From: Polyangiales bacterium
GTDB lineage: Bacteria > Myxococcota_A > Polyangia > Polyangiales > JAWKRM01
Reading direction: 5' to 3'
Assembly (NCBI GenBank): GCA_041389625.1
Contig: JAWKRM010000007.1
Span: 70,667 to 134,666 of the forward strand
DNA: 64,000 nucleotides
In this document: positions 29,774 to 37,876 of the stretch, piece after piece
Layout: each line of letters begins with the position of its first letter
How positions within the stretch are numbered: position 1 is the stretch's first letter
Position numbers and translations under genes: made by a program
Notes under the pieces: model-generated
Told to the model about the DNA's origin: nothing
Databases searched by the model: none
The model's input: only the letters and a program-made list of their open reading frames with translations

Positions 29774-30018
29774 CTGGTTTGCGTGCTCCTTCGCGTAAAT
29801 GTCGTGAGGGGGTACTGCTGGGAGAGAGAGCCGCGCTGTGCGGCCCAAAATCCGCTGTCGGCCCGTGGGGGCCTCGCTCAGGCTTCACCACCCGTCCGGG
29901 AGGGGGTGCGGTGGGTGAATTCCGAGCCCGCGGAACTTAGTCGATGGGGCTTGTTCCGTCAATCCGATGTAGGTGTATTACTTACACGATTTTCGGATTT
30001 GGCAACCCGTCGGGGGTG

Positions 30019-30056
30019 GATTCCAGGTCCGAGATCGCCTTGGATCATTTTTTTTT
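30019..30056 (+). terminator. orphan intrinsic-terminator-like hairpin followed by a T9 tract
   Basis: Arms gattccagg (30019-27) and ccttggatc (30038-46) form 8 of 9 pairs, one of them G-U, around a 10-nt loop. An A and nine T (30048-30056) follow. No plus-strand gene lies upstream. Confidence 0.4.
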
Positions 30057-30190
30057 GTCTTTTCGAGGGCTCATTTCTACCCTGATCGGAACGGACAAAA
30101 ACCAAATGATTTCGTAATCTTAAGCGAGATTCGGCACAATTATTCGCACAAATAGGGATAAGTTAGCTATAAATTATGTGCTTGCTTAGG

Positions 30191-30220
30191 TTGACACGTG
30201 ACATGGCGTGACAATACAGT
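30191..30220 (+). promoter_or_regulatory. sigma70-like promoter candidate TTGACA-N18-TACAGT
   Basis: TTGACA at 30191-96 and TACAGT at 30215-20, about 40 nt upstream of the small ORF ATG. Lies within the AT-rich island. Confidence 0.4.
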
Positions 30221-30260
30221 ACCCAACATATCGTGAACTCCACTAAGGAGGAGGTCCCAA

Positions 30261-30359
30261 ATGGCTACCAGGAAACGTAAAGCAGCGAAGAAGAAGGCAG
30301 CGGCTCCGAAGAAGGCTCCCAAGCGCAAGGCGAAGCGCAAGGCTGCCAAGAAGAAGTGA
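30261..30359 (+). CDS. 32-aa Lys/Ala-rich highly basic protein (histone-H1-tail-like)
   Basis: Below the ORF-track size cut-off. Strong RBS AAGGAGGAGG lies 5 nt (tccca) upstream of ATG 30261. Translation is MATRKRKAAKKKAAAPKKAPKRKAKRKAAKKK*. A hairpin terminator follows directly. The listed antisense ORF 30167..30430 looks like an artefact. Confidence 0.6.
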   Translation: MATRKRKAAKKKAAAPKKAPKRKAKRKAAKKK

Positions 30360-30364
30360 GCCCG

Positions 30365-30386
30365 TGCCGGGGCTTTGACCCCGGCA
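30365..30386 (+). terminator. hairpin directly after the small basic ORF
   Basis: tgccgggg-ctttga-ccccggca, a perfect 8-bp stem starting 6 nt after the stop. The downstream T-tract is weak (tccttgg). Confidence 0.45.
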
Positions 30387-30465
30387 TCCTTGGTGCTCCT
30401 CGGGCCTCGTGCTTTGTGGAGCTTGATCAAGGAAAGAAGTGTCGCACGGAAACGTGAGACACATA

Positions 30466-30500
30466 AACGCCCCGGTGAGGCATGACCACACCGGGGCGTT
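30466..30500. terminator. perfect 12-bp inverted repeat (possible bidirectional terminator)
   Basis: aacgccccggtg (30466-77) pairs with caccggggcgtt (30489-500) around an 11-nt loop. It lies between the convergent small ORF and the NFACT gene. Confidence 0.45.
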
Positions 30501-30606
30501 GATCTTTCCGTCGTTTGCCAACCGGCGGGAGGCCTTCTTTACGAGATCCGCGTGGTCGGTCGCCGGTCCAGCGAATTCTCAGGCGCGGTACGGCTCCCGA
30601 AGGGGA

Positions 30607-31953
30607 TCACGGTGTATCGCGCTTGATCTCGCTCGCGAGGAGGCGCGCGAGTCGTGCCGGCTCCACCCGCAGCGCGAGGACCTTCTCGCGATCCACGAGG
30701 ACCGCACCCGGGGCGGCGCCCTTCGGTTTTCGAACGTAGCGTCGGGGCGTGTAGCTCACGTCCACGGTGGGTTCGTCGCGACGCTCGCTGAAATGCACCG
30801 CGAGGTGCGCGGCGTCCACGAGCACGTCGCTCGGGCATTCGCCGGATCGGTCGAGCTGCACGATCACGTGCGCCCCCGTCGTGTCCCGCACATGGAGCCA
30901 AAGGTCGTGGGGCTTGGCGATGCGCACGGTTAGGGAATCGTTGTCCTTCGCGCCGCGCCCAACGAGGATCGTCACGTTTCCCGTGCCGACAAACTCGCGG
31001 AACGGCTGGCGCGAGGGAACCTTCGCGCGCCGAGTGGTGGCGGAGGCACCGGTGGGGGCCCGTCCGCGGGCCACGTCGAGGGAGCGCAGCGCCTCAAGCG
31101 TGGTTGCCTCGGCGATCTGGGTGAGCTTTTGACCTAGGGAGGCGATGGCCGCACGGGTTTCGGCGAGGCGTTCCGCGGCGATGGGACGACCGCGATCCAT
31201 GCGGCGGGCGCGCTGATAAAGCGCTTCGATCTGGGCCTTCGCGTCGAGGCGGCGATCGAGTTCGAGGGTCACCAACGCCGGTGGGTCGAGTGACCAATCG
31301 GTCACCTCCACGCTTGTTGCGCCCTTGGAAACCATCGCGATGTTGGCGAGCAGCAAATCGGCGCGCTGGCGAATCGTGGCCGAATCGGCGGACCGCTCGA
31401 GGTCCCCTTCGACGGCCCGTGCACGTTTTTCAAGCTTGGCCACGTCCCGAAGCAGCCGTTCGCGAAGCGTGCGTCGGAGGAACTCCACCTCGCCCTCGGA
31501 CGAGGTGCCGGTGGTGTCGGGGGGGCCGGGGAGGGAATCGATGGCGATCGCGCGTGGTGCGCCACCCGGATCCAGCTCGAGTTTGGCGAGCGGGCGGTCC
31601 CCGGACAGGGTGAAGAGCGCGCGGGCGCCGCGCACCGACCATTCCATGCGGAGTTTCGAGGCCGCACCGCTGCGTTCGACGGTCATCTCGAGCACGTGGG
31701 GTTCGACCTGCTCCATCGAGCCCACGCGGGCGCCGACCCAGTGGTGGCGGACCTTGGTGATGGACGGTGGGGCCGTGTCGCCGCGCGGGCGTGTGGGCGC
31801 AAGCCACATGGCCGGACCGACGGGCGCGAAGGACAGGACCAGGCATTCGAGCCGCGCGGCGTTGGGCCGCCGGAGGGTTACATAGAGTTCCGTGGCGCGG
31901 GGAAGGTCCACGCGTTCAATGCGGGCCCCCACCAATTCCGCGACGGGGGTCAC
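30607..31953 (-). CDS. NFACT-family protein (NFACT-R/DUF814 RNA-binding domain, RqcH/FbpA-related)
   Basis: C-terminal FVGTGNVTILVGRGAKDNDSLT...HDLWLHVRDTTGAHVIV matches DUF814. Central Arg/Glu/Leu coiled coil. GTG 31953 overlaps the stop of the upstream gene (GTGA). The listed ORF extends to 32253, but that extension is Arg-rich and non-protein-like. Confidence 0.72.
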   Translation of the reverse strand: MTPVAELVGARIERVDLPRATELYVTLRRPNAARLECLVLSFAPVGPAMWLAPTRPRGDTAPPSITKVRHHWVGARVGSMEQVEPHVLEMTVERSGAASKLRMEWSVRGARALFTLSGDRPLAKLELDPGGAPRAIAIDSLPGPPDTTGTSSEGEVEFLRRTLRERLLRDVAKLEKRARAVEGDLERSADSATIRQRADLLLANIAMVSKGATSVEVTDWSLDPPALVTLELDRRLDAKAQIEALYQRARRMDRGRPIAAERLAETRAAIASLGQKLTQIAEATTLEALRSLDVARGRAPTGASATTRRAKVPSRQPFREFVGTGNVTILVGRGAKDNDSLTVRIAKPHDLWLHVRDTTGAHVIVQLDRSGECPSDVLVDAAHLAVHFSERRDEPTVDVSYTPRRYVRKPKGAAPGAVLVDREKVLALRVEPARLARLLASEIKRDTP

Positions 31954-32630
31954 GGTGCGGCGTCGCCGCGCTCCGCGAGGAGCGCCGCGAGCGTGCTGGC
32001 GTTGCGGAACGACTGCCCCGCGTGGATCGCCACGTATCCCGCTTCGGGGGCGCGTTCGGCGAACGCGTCGGCCACGCTCTCGAGCATGTCGTCCGAGAAT
32101 CGACGACGGCCCCCCACGGCGCGCAGGCGCGCGTAGACGATGGGGCCGTCCTCGTCGATGGACTCGCTCAGCGGGTCGACGGCGCGAACGATCCCGATGC
32201 TCGCTGCGAATGCCGAAGCCGCCTCGGGCTCCCAAAGGCCGGCGGGGTGCCACACGATTTGCGTGTCTCCGCCAGCGCGGATGCCGTCGATCAATGCCCG
32301 AAATCGATCGCGGTCGCGTTGGCCGGTGGTGGGGGTGCCCCCGGTTTCGAGGACGACGAGGCGTGCGCGAAGGGCCCCCGCGGCAGCGCTGATCCAGCGA
32401 ATGCCGTCGGCGGCATCGGCGGCGCTCCGAAGCTCGCCGTTCGGTGCGTAGAGGGTCGTTGTCGGCGCCACGAGCGCGTATTCAAACGCATCGCCGACCG
32501 CGGTTCGCCAGCGACCGAGCTTCGCCGGGCGCGGCAGGGAGTCGCTGAACATCGCTTCGGCGAAGGAAAGCGCCGCCGTGTAGGTTCGCCCGGGCGGGGC
32601 GTCGACGCCGGTACCTGCCAGAATTCGCAT
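31950..32630 (-). CDS. DUF72 (YecE/UPF0759)-like protein
   Basis: Internal ATG 32630 (MRILAGTGVD...) of listed ORF 31950..33494. The upstream part of that ORF is a Ser/Arg-rich shadow of the opposite-strand TPR gene. Similarity to DUF72 is judged by eye only. Confidence 0.55.
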   Translation of the reverse strand: MRILAGTGVDAPPGRTYTAALSFAEAMFSDSLPRPAKLGRWRTAVGDAFEYALVAPTTTLYAPNGELRSAADAADGIRWISAAAGALRARLVVLETGGTPTTGQRDRDRFRALIDGIRAGGDTQIVWHPAGLWEPEAASAFAASIGIVRAVDPLSESIDEDGPIVYARLRAVGGRRRFSDDMLESVADAFAERAPEAGYVAIHAGQSFRNASTLAALLAERGDAAP

Positions 32631-32706
32631 CGCCGTGAGGTTACACGGGACCACACGCGAGGCAACGGAAAGGACTTCGGGCGGTCCGTGCCCTAGACTT
32701 TTGGGC

Positions 32707-35700
32707 GTGCGCTGTCTTCGCCGACCCGGCCATTGGGCATTGGTGTTCGTGGGCGCCGCTCTGATTTCGGCCGTGGTGTTCGCCCTGGTGGCGGCGCCGG
32801 TGGTCGCACAGGACGACTGGTCGATCACCCGCGACCGCGATTCCACGCGGGGCGGGGTTTCCAAGCGGCGTGGGGCCGGGCAGGCACAAACGTCGCTGCG
32901 CCGGAGCGTTCCAGCGACCGCGCCCGACGATCCGAGCGCGGTCCTGCTCCATCGGTACGAGGCGGTGCTCGCGCGGGACCCGTTCGACGTCTTCGCCCTC
33001 GAGCGGCTCGTGGTCCTGCTTCGCGACCGTGAGGGCGGCGTGGCCGCCTGGCTCACGGCCCTTGGGAACCATCCCGACGGCGACTCGCCGAAGGTTCGTG
33101 CGCTTGAGGCACGGGTCATGGCGCGGCTCGGCGAAGTCCCCCGCGCCGTCGAAACGCTCGCGCGCCTTGAGCCTTCGTTCGTGGGCAGCGGTGCGTATTG
33201 GCGAGTGCGTGCCTCCCTCGAACGGGAAGGCGGCATGCTTGAGGCCGCCGCAGCATCGCTCGAGCGCGCGGTCTCCGTGGCCCGCGGTTCGGCGCGCGCG
33301 GCGGCGCTTCGGGAGCGCGGCGAGCTCGAGATCGCCATGGGCCGCTTCGACGACGCCGAACGCGTGTTCGCGACGCTCGCGCGACTCGGCGGGGGCACCT
33401 CCGATCGAGAGGCGTTCGCCGCTGCGCTATCAAGTGCCGGTGAACATGGCCGTGCGGCGGACGAATACGAGCGATTGCTGGCGGGGGTCCCCAAGATCTC
33501 GCCGTGGGCGACGACGCTAGTCCTTGCCCGGGCGCGGGCGGAACTTGAGGACGGCCGCCCCCTCGATGCGGCGGCGGGCCTGCGGGCCGCGTGGGAACGG
33601 GGGCAGATCGCCGCGGACCGCCGCGCCGAGGCGGGGGTCTTGCTGGTCGAGTGTCACGAGCGGGGGGGCGCCGCGGGCGAAGCACTTCCTTTTGTGGAGC
33701 GGGTCTCGCCGGAGTCCGTTCGCGCGGAGCTCACCGCACGCATTTTTGAAGCGACGGGACAGGTCGAAGACGCGCTTGCGGTCTATGCGCGTGCGGCGCG
33801 CCTCTGGCCTCGAAGCGTGGACTGGCACGAAAAGTACGTCGCTGCCCTCCTGCGCACGGGCCAAATCGACGCGGCCGTGGAAGCGCACCGCCTTTTTTTG
33901 GCACGCGCACCGGCGACGCCTGGGCTCCTGCGCGAGGCGACGCGCTTGCTCGTGGACCTGGGGCGCCGAGACGAGGCCATCGAACTCGTGGAGCGGACCG
34001 TCGCGCGTGCGTCGGGCAATGTTCGTACGCGGAAAGAGGCCGCGGAGATCTACGCGCGCCTCGGCGCGAACGAAGCGTACGCCGCGGAAGTCGAAGCGCT
34101 CTTCCGGCGCGCTCCAACGGATGTGGATGTGGCGGCGGCGACCGCCGCCATCCGTCTTTCGAATCACGATGAGGCGGGAGCGCGACGGGCGTTCGAACGG
34201 ATTGGCGATGCGGATCGCGACCCGGTCGAGCGGCATCGGACCATCGCCCAGCTGCTCATGGACCACGATCGGGTCGGTGAAGCGATCCCGGAGCTCGAGA
34301 CGGCGTTGCGCATGGAGCCACGCGCCGCTCGAACGCGCGCGATGCTTGCCAACGCATTCGAACGTCTCGGTCGCGAGGAGGAAGCGGAGCGCGCTTGGAG
34401 CGCTGTCCTCAGCGAGGCAGGCACCGACATCGAACTTGCCGACGAAGCGCGTCGCCGCATCGTCACGCTTTGGATCCGGCAAAAACAGGTGGCTTCCATG
34501 GAATCGGTGCTCCGCGCGCGGGTGTTCGGAAACACCGCGGAAGTGGATGCGGCGCGCTTGCTTGTGGAGGTCTATCTCGGGGTGCGTCCCCCGGAGTTGC
34601 GCCTCGCGGATGCCACCCTTGAACGCTTGAACGCGCGCCTCGGAGGCGACCGGGCAACCTTGCTTCGTCTCGTGGATGTGCGCCGTGCACGGAAGGACAC
34701 CAACGGCATCCTGGCGGCCCTATCGGCGCTTCTGCAGGTCGATCCCGATCGGGCCTCGAAGTACTACCAGCAGATGTCCCACGAAGCGTTGTCCGCGTAC
34801 CGCGACGAGGACGCGCTGCGGTTCGCCACGTTGGCCGTGGAGCGGGACCCGGGCGACGCCTCGGCCCATGAAAGCTTCGCGCGGTTGCTCGAGCGGCAGC
34901 ATGACCTGACGCGAGCGAGCGCGGAGTACGTGTCGGCGTACCGCGCGTCGCCAACGAATTTTGCTTCCGCTCTCCGCGCGGCGGACTTGCTGTCCACGCA
35001 GGGCGACGGTGCGCGGGGACTCGCGATCTATCTTGAGGTTATCCGTCGGGCGAACGACGACGCGACGCTTGCGCAGGCGACCACCGCCGCGACGCACCTT
35101 GCCGTCGCGACGGGCGCGGTGGACGCCCTTGAGGAGGCACTCCTTCGCCGGGCCGCCGGGTCCGGTGCGCGTCCGACCCTCCGCCATGCGCTTCTCGAGC
35201 TCTACAAGCTCGAGACCGCGTCGTGGCCGCTCGATTCGGCTGCTCCAGGGGCTTTCGACGGCGCCGAGCCGGCCGTCGACGCGAGAATCCGTGCGCTCGC
35301 GAAACGCGCGGCGACGCCGCTCCTCGAGACGCTCCATGCGGGGGATGCCGAGGAGCGTCGCCTCGCCATGCGCATCCTCGGGCGCGGCGGAGTGAAGTCC
35401 GCGGAGGGGCCGTTGCTCGCCCTCGCGTCGGACGACAGCATGCCGCTTTCGGACCGCGCCGACGCGCTCCTCATGGCCGCTCGCCTTGCGCGCCAGGGCT
35501 CATTCGATGCGTACGCCAAGCTCGTTCGCTCGGGCTTGCCCGTACTTCGTCCCATCGCGGTCTGGGGGGCGATGCGCACCGGCGACCGTCGCGCCCCCGC
35601 ACTGCTTCGAACGTGGATGACGGATGTGGATCCACTCACGCGGTCCGTCGCGCTCCTTTGCTGGGCTGACCTTGTGGGCTCACGTGCACGGGGAGCGTTG

Positions 35701-36777
35701 CCGGAGTTCGTTGGCCAGGACGAAGTGTCCCTGGTGCGCGTGGCGGCCATCCACGCGTACGCACGCATCGCGCCGCCCTCCGAGCTTGAAAACGTCGCTG
35801 TACACGCCTCGGCCGATGATCCGGCGGTCGCGGAGGCGGCCACCGTGGCCCTCGCAGCGCGTGGTATTCGAGTGGATGGGCTCTATGACGGGCTCTTCGA
35901 GCTTCGTGAGGAGCGCCGCGCTGTGGCCGCCCATGCCGCGTGGGTTGAGAGCATCGTGCGCACGCGTGCGGAGAACGACCCCGACCGCCCGTTGCCCGCG
36001 ACCGTCAATCTCGAACACGTGATGACCCAGACGTTTGCGGGCGCGGCGGCGCGCGACGGGAACTACGGTTGGCGCTTTGTGGCGGCACTCGCCCGCCGTG
36101 CGCCGCGGGTCGTCGACGCTGCGACGCTCGATCTTGAGCCCACGTTGCTGCTCGTGGCGATCCGCCGTGCGCTTTCGGGGCCTCCGAATCAAGTTGCGCT
36201 GGCGCTCGGACTTCTGCGACGAGGGGTTCGCGAAGCGGAAGGGCGCGATGCGGCCCGCGGACCATCGCCGTTTGTGGAGGCCGCGATCGCGGTCGCACCG
36301 GTGCTTGAGCGCATTGCGGCGGACCCCCGCCGACCGTTCCGTGTCGACGCGCTTGCGATCCTCCACGGTGTGCACGCACCACACTCGGCGGAGCTCCTTG
36401 CCGACGCGCTCGAGGACGGCTCCGTCGTGACCGTGCGAGGCGTGCTCGACGAACTCTCGAGGGACGAACGCGAGGTGCCCCCGGCGCTCATCGAGCGCAG
36501 CTTGGTCGAGGTGGCCGAACGCCACGCGAATTGGATGCTACGGCGCGCCGCCCTCGAGATCCTCGCCCGCGCGCCCATGTCCCTGAGCGCGCGGCGCTCG
36601 GTGCTCGGGATTGCGGAGAACGACCCCTATGCGTTTGTTCGCGAGGCCGCCGTGCTTGCCGTTCGGCGATCGCTCGACGACGGTGCGCGGGCCGTGCTCG
36701 AACGGGTGGCGACGGTCGACGCGGAACCTCGCATTCGCGAAGCGGCGCGAACCATTCTCGCGTTGCCCGCCCCCTGA
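32707..36777 (+). CDS. large membrane-anchored/secreted TPR + HEAT-repeat protein (~1356 aa)
   Basis: GTG 32707 gives VRCLRRPGHWALVFVGAALISAVVFALVAAPVVAQ. Long arrays of Ala/Leu/Arg-rich helical pairs (TPR-like) follow. The C-terminal third is HEAT/PBS-lyase-like (DAEERRLAMRILGRGG, DPLTRSVALLCWADL, NWMLRRAALEILA, DPYAFVREAAVLAV). The start could instead be 32635. Confidence 0.7.
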   Translation: MRCLRRPGHWALVFVGAALISAVVFALVAAPVVAQDDWSITRDRDSTRGGVSKRRGAGQAQTSLRRSVPATAPDDPSAVLLHRYEAVLARDPFDVFALERLVVLLRDREGGVAAWLTALGNHPDGDSPKVRALEARVMARLGEVPRAVETLARLEPSFVGSGAYWRVRASLEREGGMLEAAAASLERAVSVARGSARAAALRERGELEIAMGRFDDAERVFATLARLGGGTSDREAFAAALSSAGEHGRAADEYERLLAGVPKISPWATTLVLARARAELEDGRPLDAAAGLRAAWERGQIAADRRAEAGVLLVECHERGGAAGEALPFVERVSPESVRAELTARIFEATGQVEDALAVYARAARLWPRSVDWHEKYVAALLRTGQIDAAVEAHRLFLARAPATPGLLREATRLLVDLGRRDEAIELVERTVARASGNVRTRKEAAEIYARLGANEAYAAEVEALFRRAPTDVDVAAATAAIRLSNHDEAGARRAFERIGDADRDPVERHRTIAQLLMDHDRVGEAIPELETALRMEPRAARTRAMLANAFERLGREEEAERAWSAVLSEAGTDIELADEARRRIVTLWIRQKQVASMESVLRARVFGNTAEVDAARLLVEVYLGVRPPELRLADATLERLNARLGGDRATLLRLVDVRRARKDTNGILAALSALLQVDPDRASKYYQQMSHEALSAYRDEDALRFATLAVERDPGDASAHESFARLLERQHDLTRASAEYVSAYRASPTNFASALRAADLLSTQGDGARGLAIYLEVIRRANDDATLAQATTAATHLAVATGAVDALEEALLRRAAGSGARPTLRHALLELYKLETASWPLDSAAPGAFDGAEPAVDARIRALAKRAATPLLETLHAGDAEERRLAMRILGRGGVKSAEGPLLALASDDSMPLSDRADALLMAARLARQGSFDAYAKLVRSGLPVLRPIAVWGAMRTGDRRAPALLRTWMTDVDPLTRSVALLCWADLVGSRARGALPEFVGQDEVSLVRVAAIHAYARIAPPSELENVAVHASADDPAVAEAATVALAARGIRVDGLYDGLFELREERRAVAAHAAWVESIVRTRAENDPDRPLPATVNLEHVMTQTFAGAAARDGNYGWRFVAALARRAPRVVDAATLDLEPTLLLVAIRRALSGPPNQVALALGLLRRGVREAEGRDAARGPSPFVEAAIAVAPVLERIAADPRRPFRVDALAILHGVHAPHSAELLADALEDGSVVTVRGVLDELSRDEREVPPALIERSLVEVAERHANWMLRRAALEILARAPMSLSARRSVLGIAENDPYAFVREAAVLAVRRSLDDGARAVLERVATVDAEPRIREAARTILALPAP

Positions 36778-36834
36778 AAACCCAGCGCGCCGCTCAAGAA
36801 CCTCGCAATTTCCACTCGCCCTCGGCCGTGTTCG

Positions 36835-36864
36835 TTGACGGCTTGGCCTCGATTCGCCTACAAA
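36835..36864 (+). promoter_or_regulatory. sigma70-like promoter candidate TTGACG-N18-TACAAA
   Basis: Hexamers at 36835-40 and 36859-64. A GGAGAGG RBS follows, then ATG 36901. Confidence 0.3.
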
Positions 36865-36900
36865 TCGTGTGGTTTCGCGCGGAGAGGTATTGACCACCCA

Positions 36901-37833
36901 ATGGAGCTCAGCATCGGGATTGTCTGTGGGGCGTGCGACACGTTCCTCCCGGTCGAAGCGCACAACTGTTTCAATTGCGGGCACCGGTCGGTGCTCGACC
37001 CCCGGGCCCAGCGCGCCGCGCTCAGCCTAGTTTCGAAGGAGGAACCCATGGAACAAGCCCGTAGCTACGTCTGCAAGCAGTGCGCGAGCCCCGTGCCGCC
37101 GCAGCACAAGTTTTGCGGCGCGTGCGGTGCGACGGTCCCGGCGGAGATTCAGGCGCAGGCGGTGGATTTCTTCGGTGCGATGCAGGCGCCGGGCAAGGCG
37201 CGTCTCGTGCTGATCCGCGGCGACCAGGGGGTGGCGGGCGTGACGTATTTGCTCCACGGCTCGGAGCACATCGTGGGGCGCCAGGACGCACAGATTCTGT
37301 TCCCCGAAGACGCGTGGCTCAATCCGAAGCACGCGAACTTCCTCTACCGAGACGACAAGCTGATCGTTCGCGACGAAGGCAGCACGAATGGCGTCTACGT
37401 CCGCGTGCTCAAGCCGGAGCAGGTCGGCGCAGGCGACTATTTCCTCGCAGGGCAGCAGGTGTTCCGTGTGGACGCGACGCCGAAGGATTCGTCGGGCCCC
37501 GAGGCGGATGAGACCTTCTTCTACTCGTCCCCGAAGCAGCCGAGCCCGTTCCGTGTGGTGCAGGTGCTCCAGGGCGGCGCGGACGGCATGGCGTTTTGCG
37601 CCGGCGAGTCGGGTGTGACCATCGGCCGCGACGGTTGCGACATGAATTTCCCCGACGATTCGTACATGTCCGGTACGCACGTGAAGGTATCGAACGATGG
37701 CGACCACTTCGTGGTGGCGGATCAGGGCTCGAAGAACGGCACGTTCGTTCGCGTGAAGGGCGAGCGCGAAGTCGGGCACAGCGACTACGTCTTCGTCGGC
37801 AAACAACTACTCCGTGTGGAAATGACCACCTGA
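36901..37833 (+). CDS. double zinc-ribbon + two FHA domains protein
   Basis: Internal ATG (MELSIGIVCGAC) of the listed ORF. Zinc ribbons CGAC...CFNCG and CKQC...FCGACG. FHA1 IVGRQDAQILFPEDAWLNPKHANF...STNGVYV. FHA2 TIGRDGCDMNFPDDSYMSGTHVKV...SKNGTFV. Confidence 0.78.
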   Translation: MELSIGIVCGACDTFLPVEAHNCFNCGHRSVLDPRAQRAALSLVSKEEPMEQARSYVCKQCASPVPPQHKFCGACGATVPAEIQAQAVDFFGAMQAPGKARLVLIRGDQGVAGVTYLLHGSEHIVGRQDAQILFPEDAWLNPKHANFLYRDDKLIVRDEGSTNGVYVRVLKPEQVGAGDYFLAGQQVFRVDATPKDSSGPEADETFFYSSPKQPSPFRVVQVLQGGADGMAFCAGESGVTIGRDGCDMNFPDDSYMSGTHVKVSNDGDHFVVADQGSKNGTFVRVKGEREVGHSDYVFVGKQLLRVEMTT

Positions 37834-37876
37834 GGCACGGGCAGCAACCGAACTTGAACGCGCGAAGGAGATCACG

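Noticed and set aside
29973-30155. 60-aa plus-strand ORF inside the AT-rich island
   Set aside because: It has no RBS, an odd composition (Phe/Arg/His-rich) and a GTG start, and it spans the terminator-like T9 tract. Probably non-coding.
29940-30400. AT-rich island as a prophage/IS remnant or integration scar
   Set aside because: No integrase, transposase, terminal inverted or direct repeats, or tRNA gene is visible. The island is only ~300 bp and is flanked by core genes.
30167-30430. 87-aa minus-strand ORF overlapping the small basic ORF
   Set aside because: It is the antisense reading of the Lys codons (Phe/Leu/Ala-rich), lacks an RBS, and runs through the hairpin terminator.
32631-33494. 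Upstream 288-codon extension of the DUF72-like ORF
   Set aside because: Ser/Arg/Ala-rich and antisense to the TPR/HEAT gene. Protein-like sequence begins only at ATG 32630.
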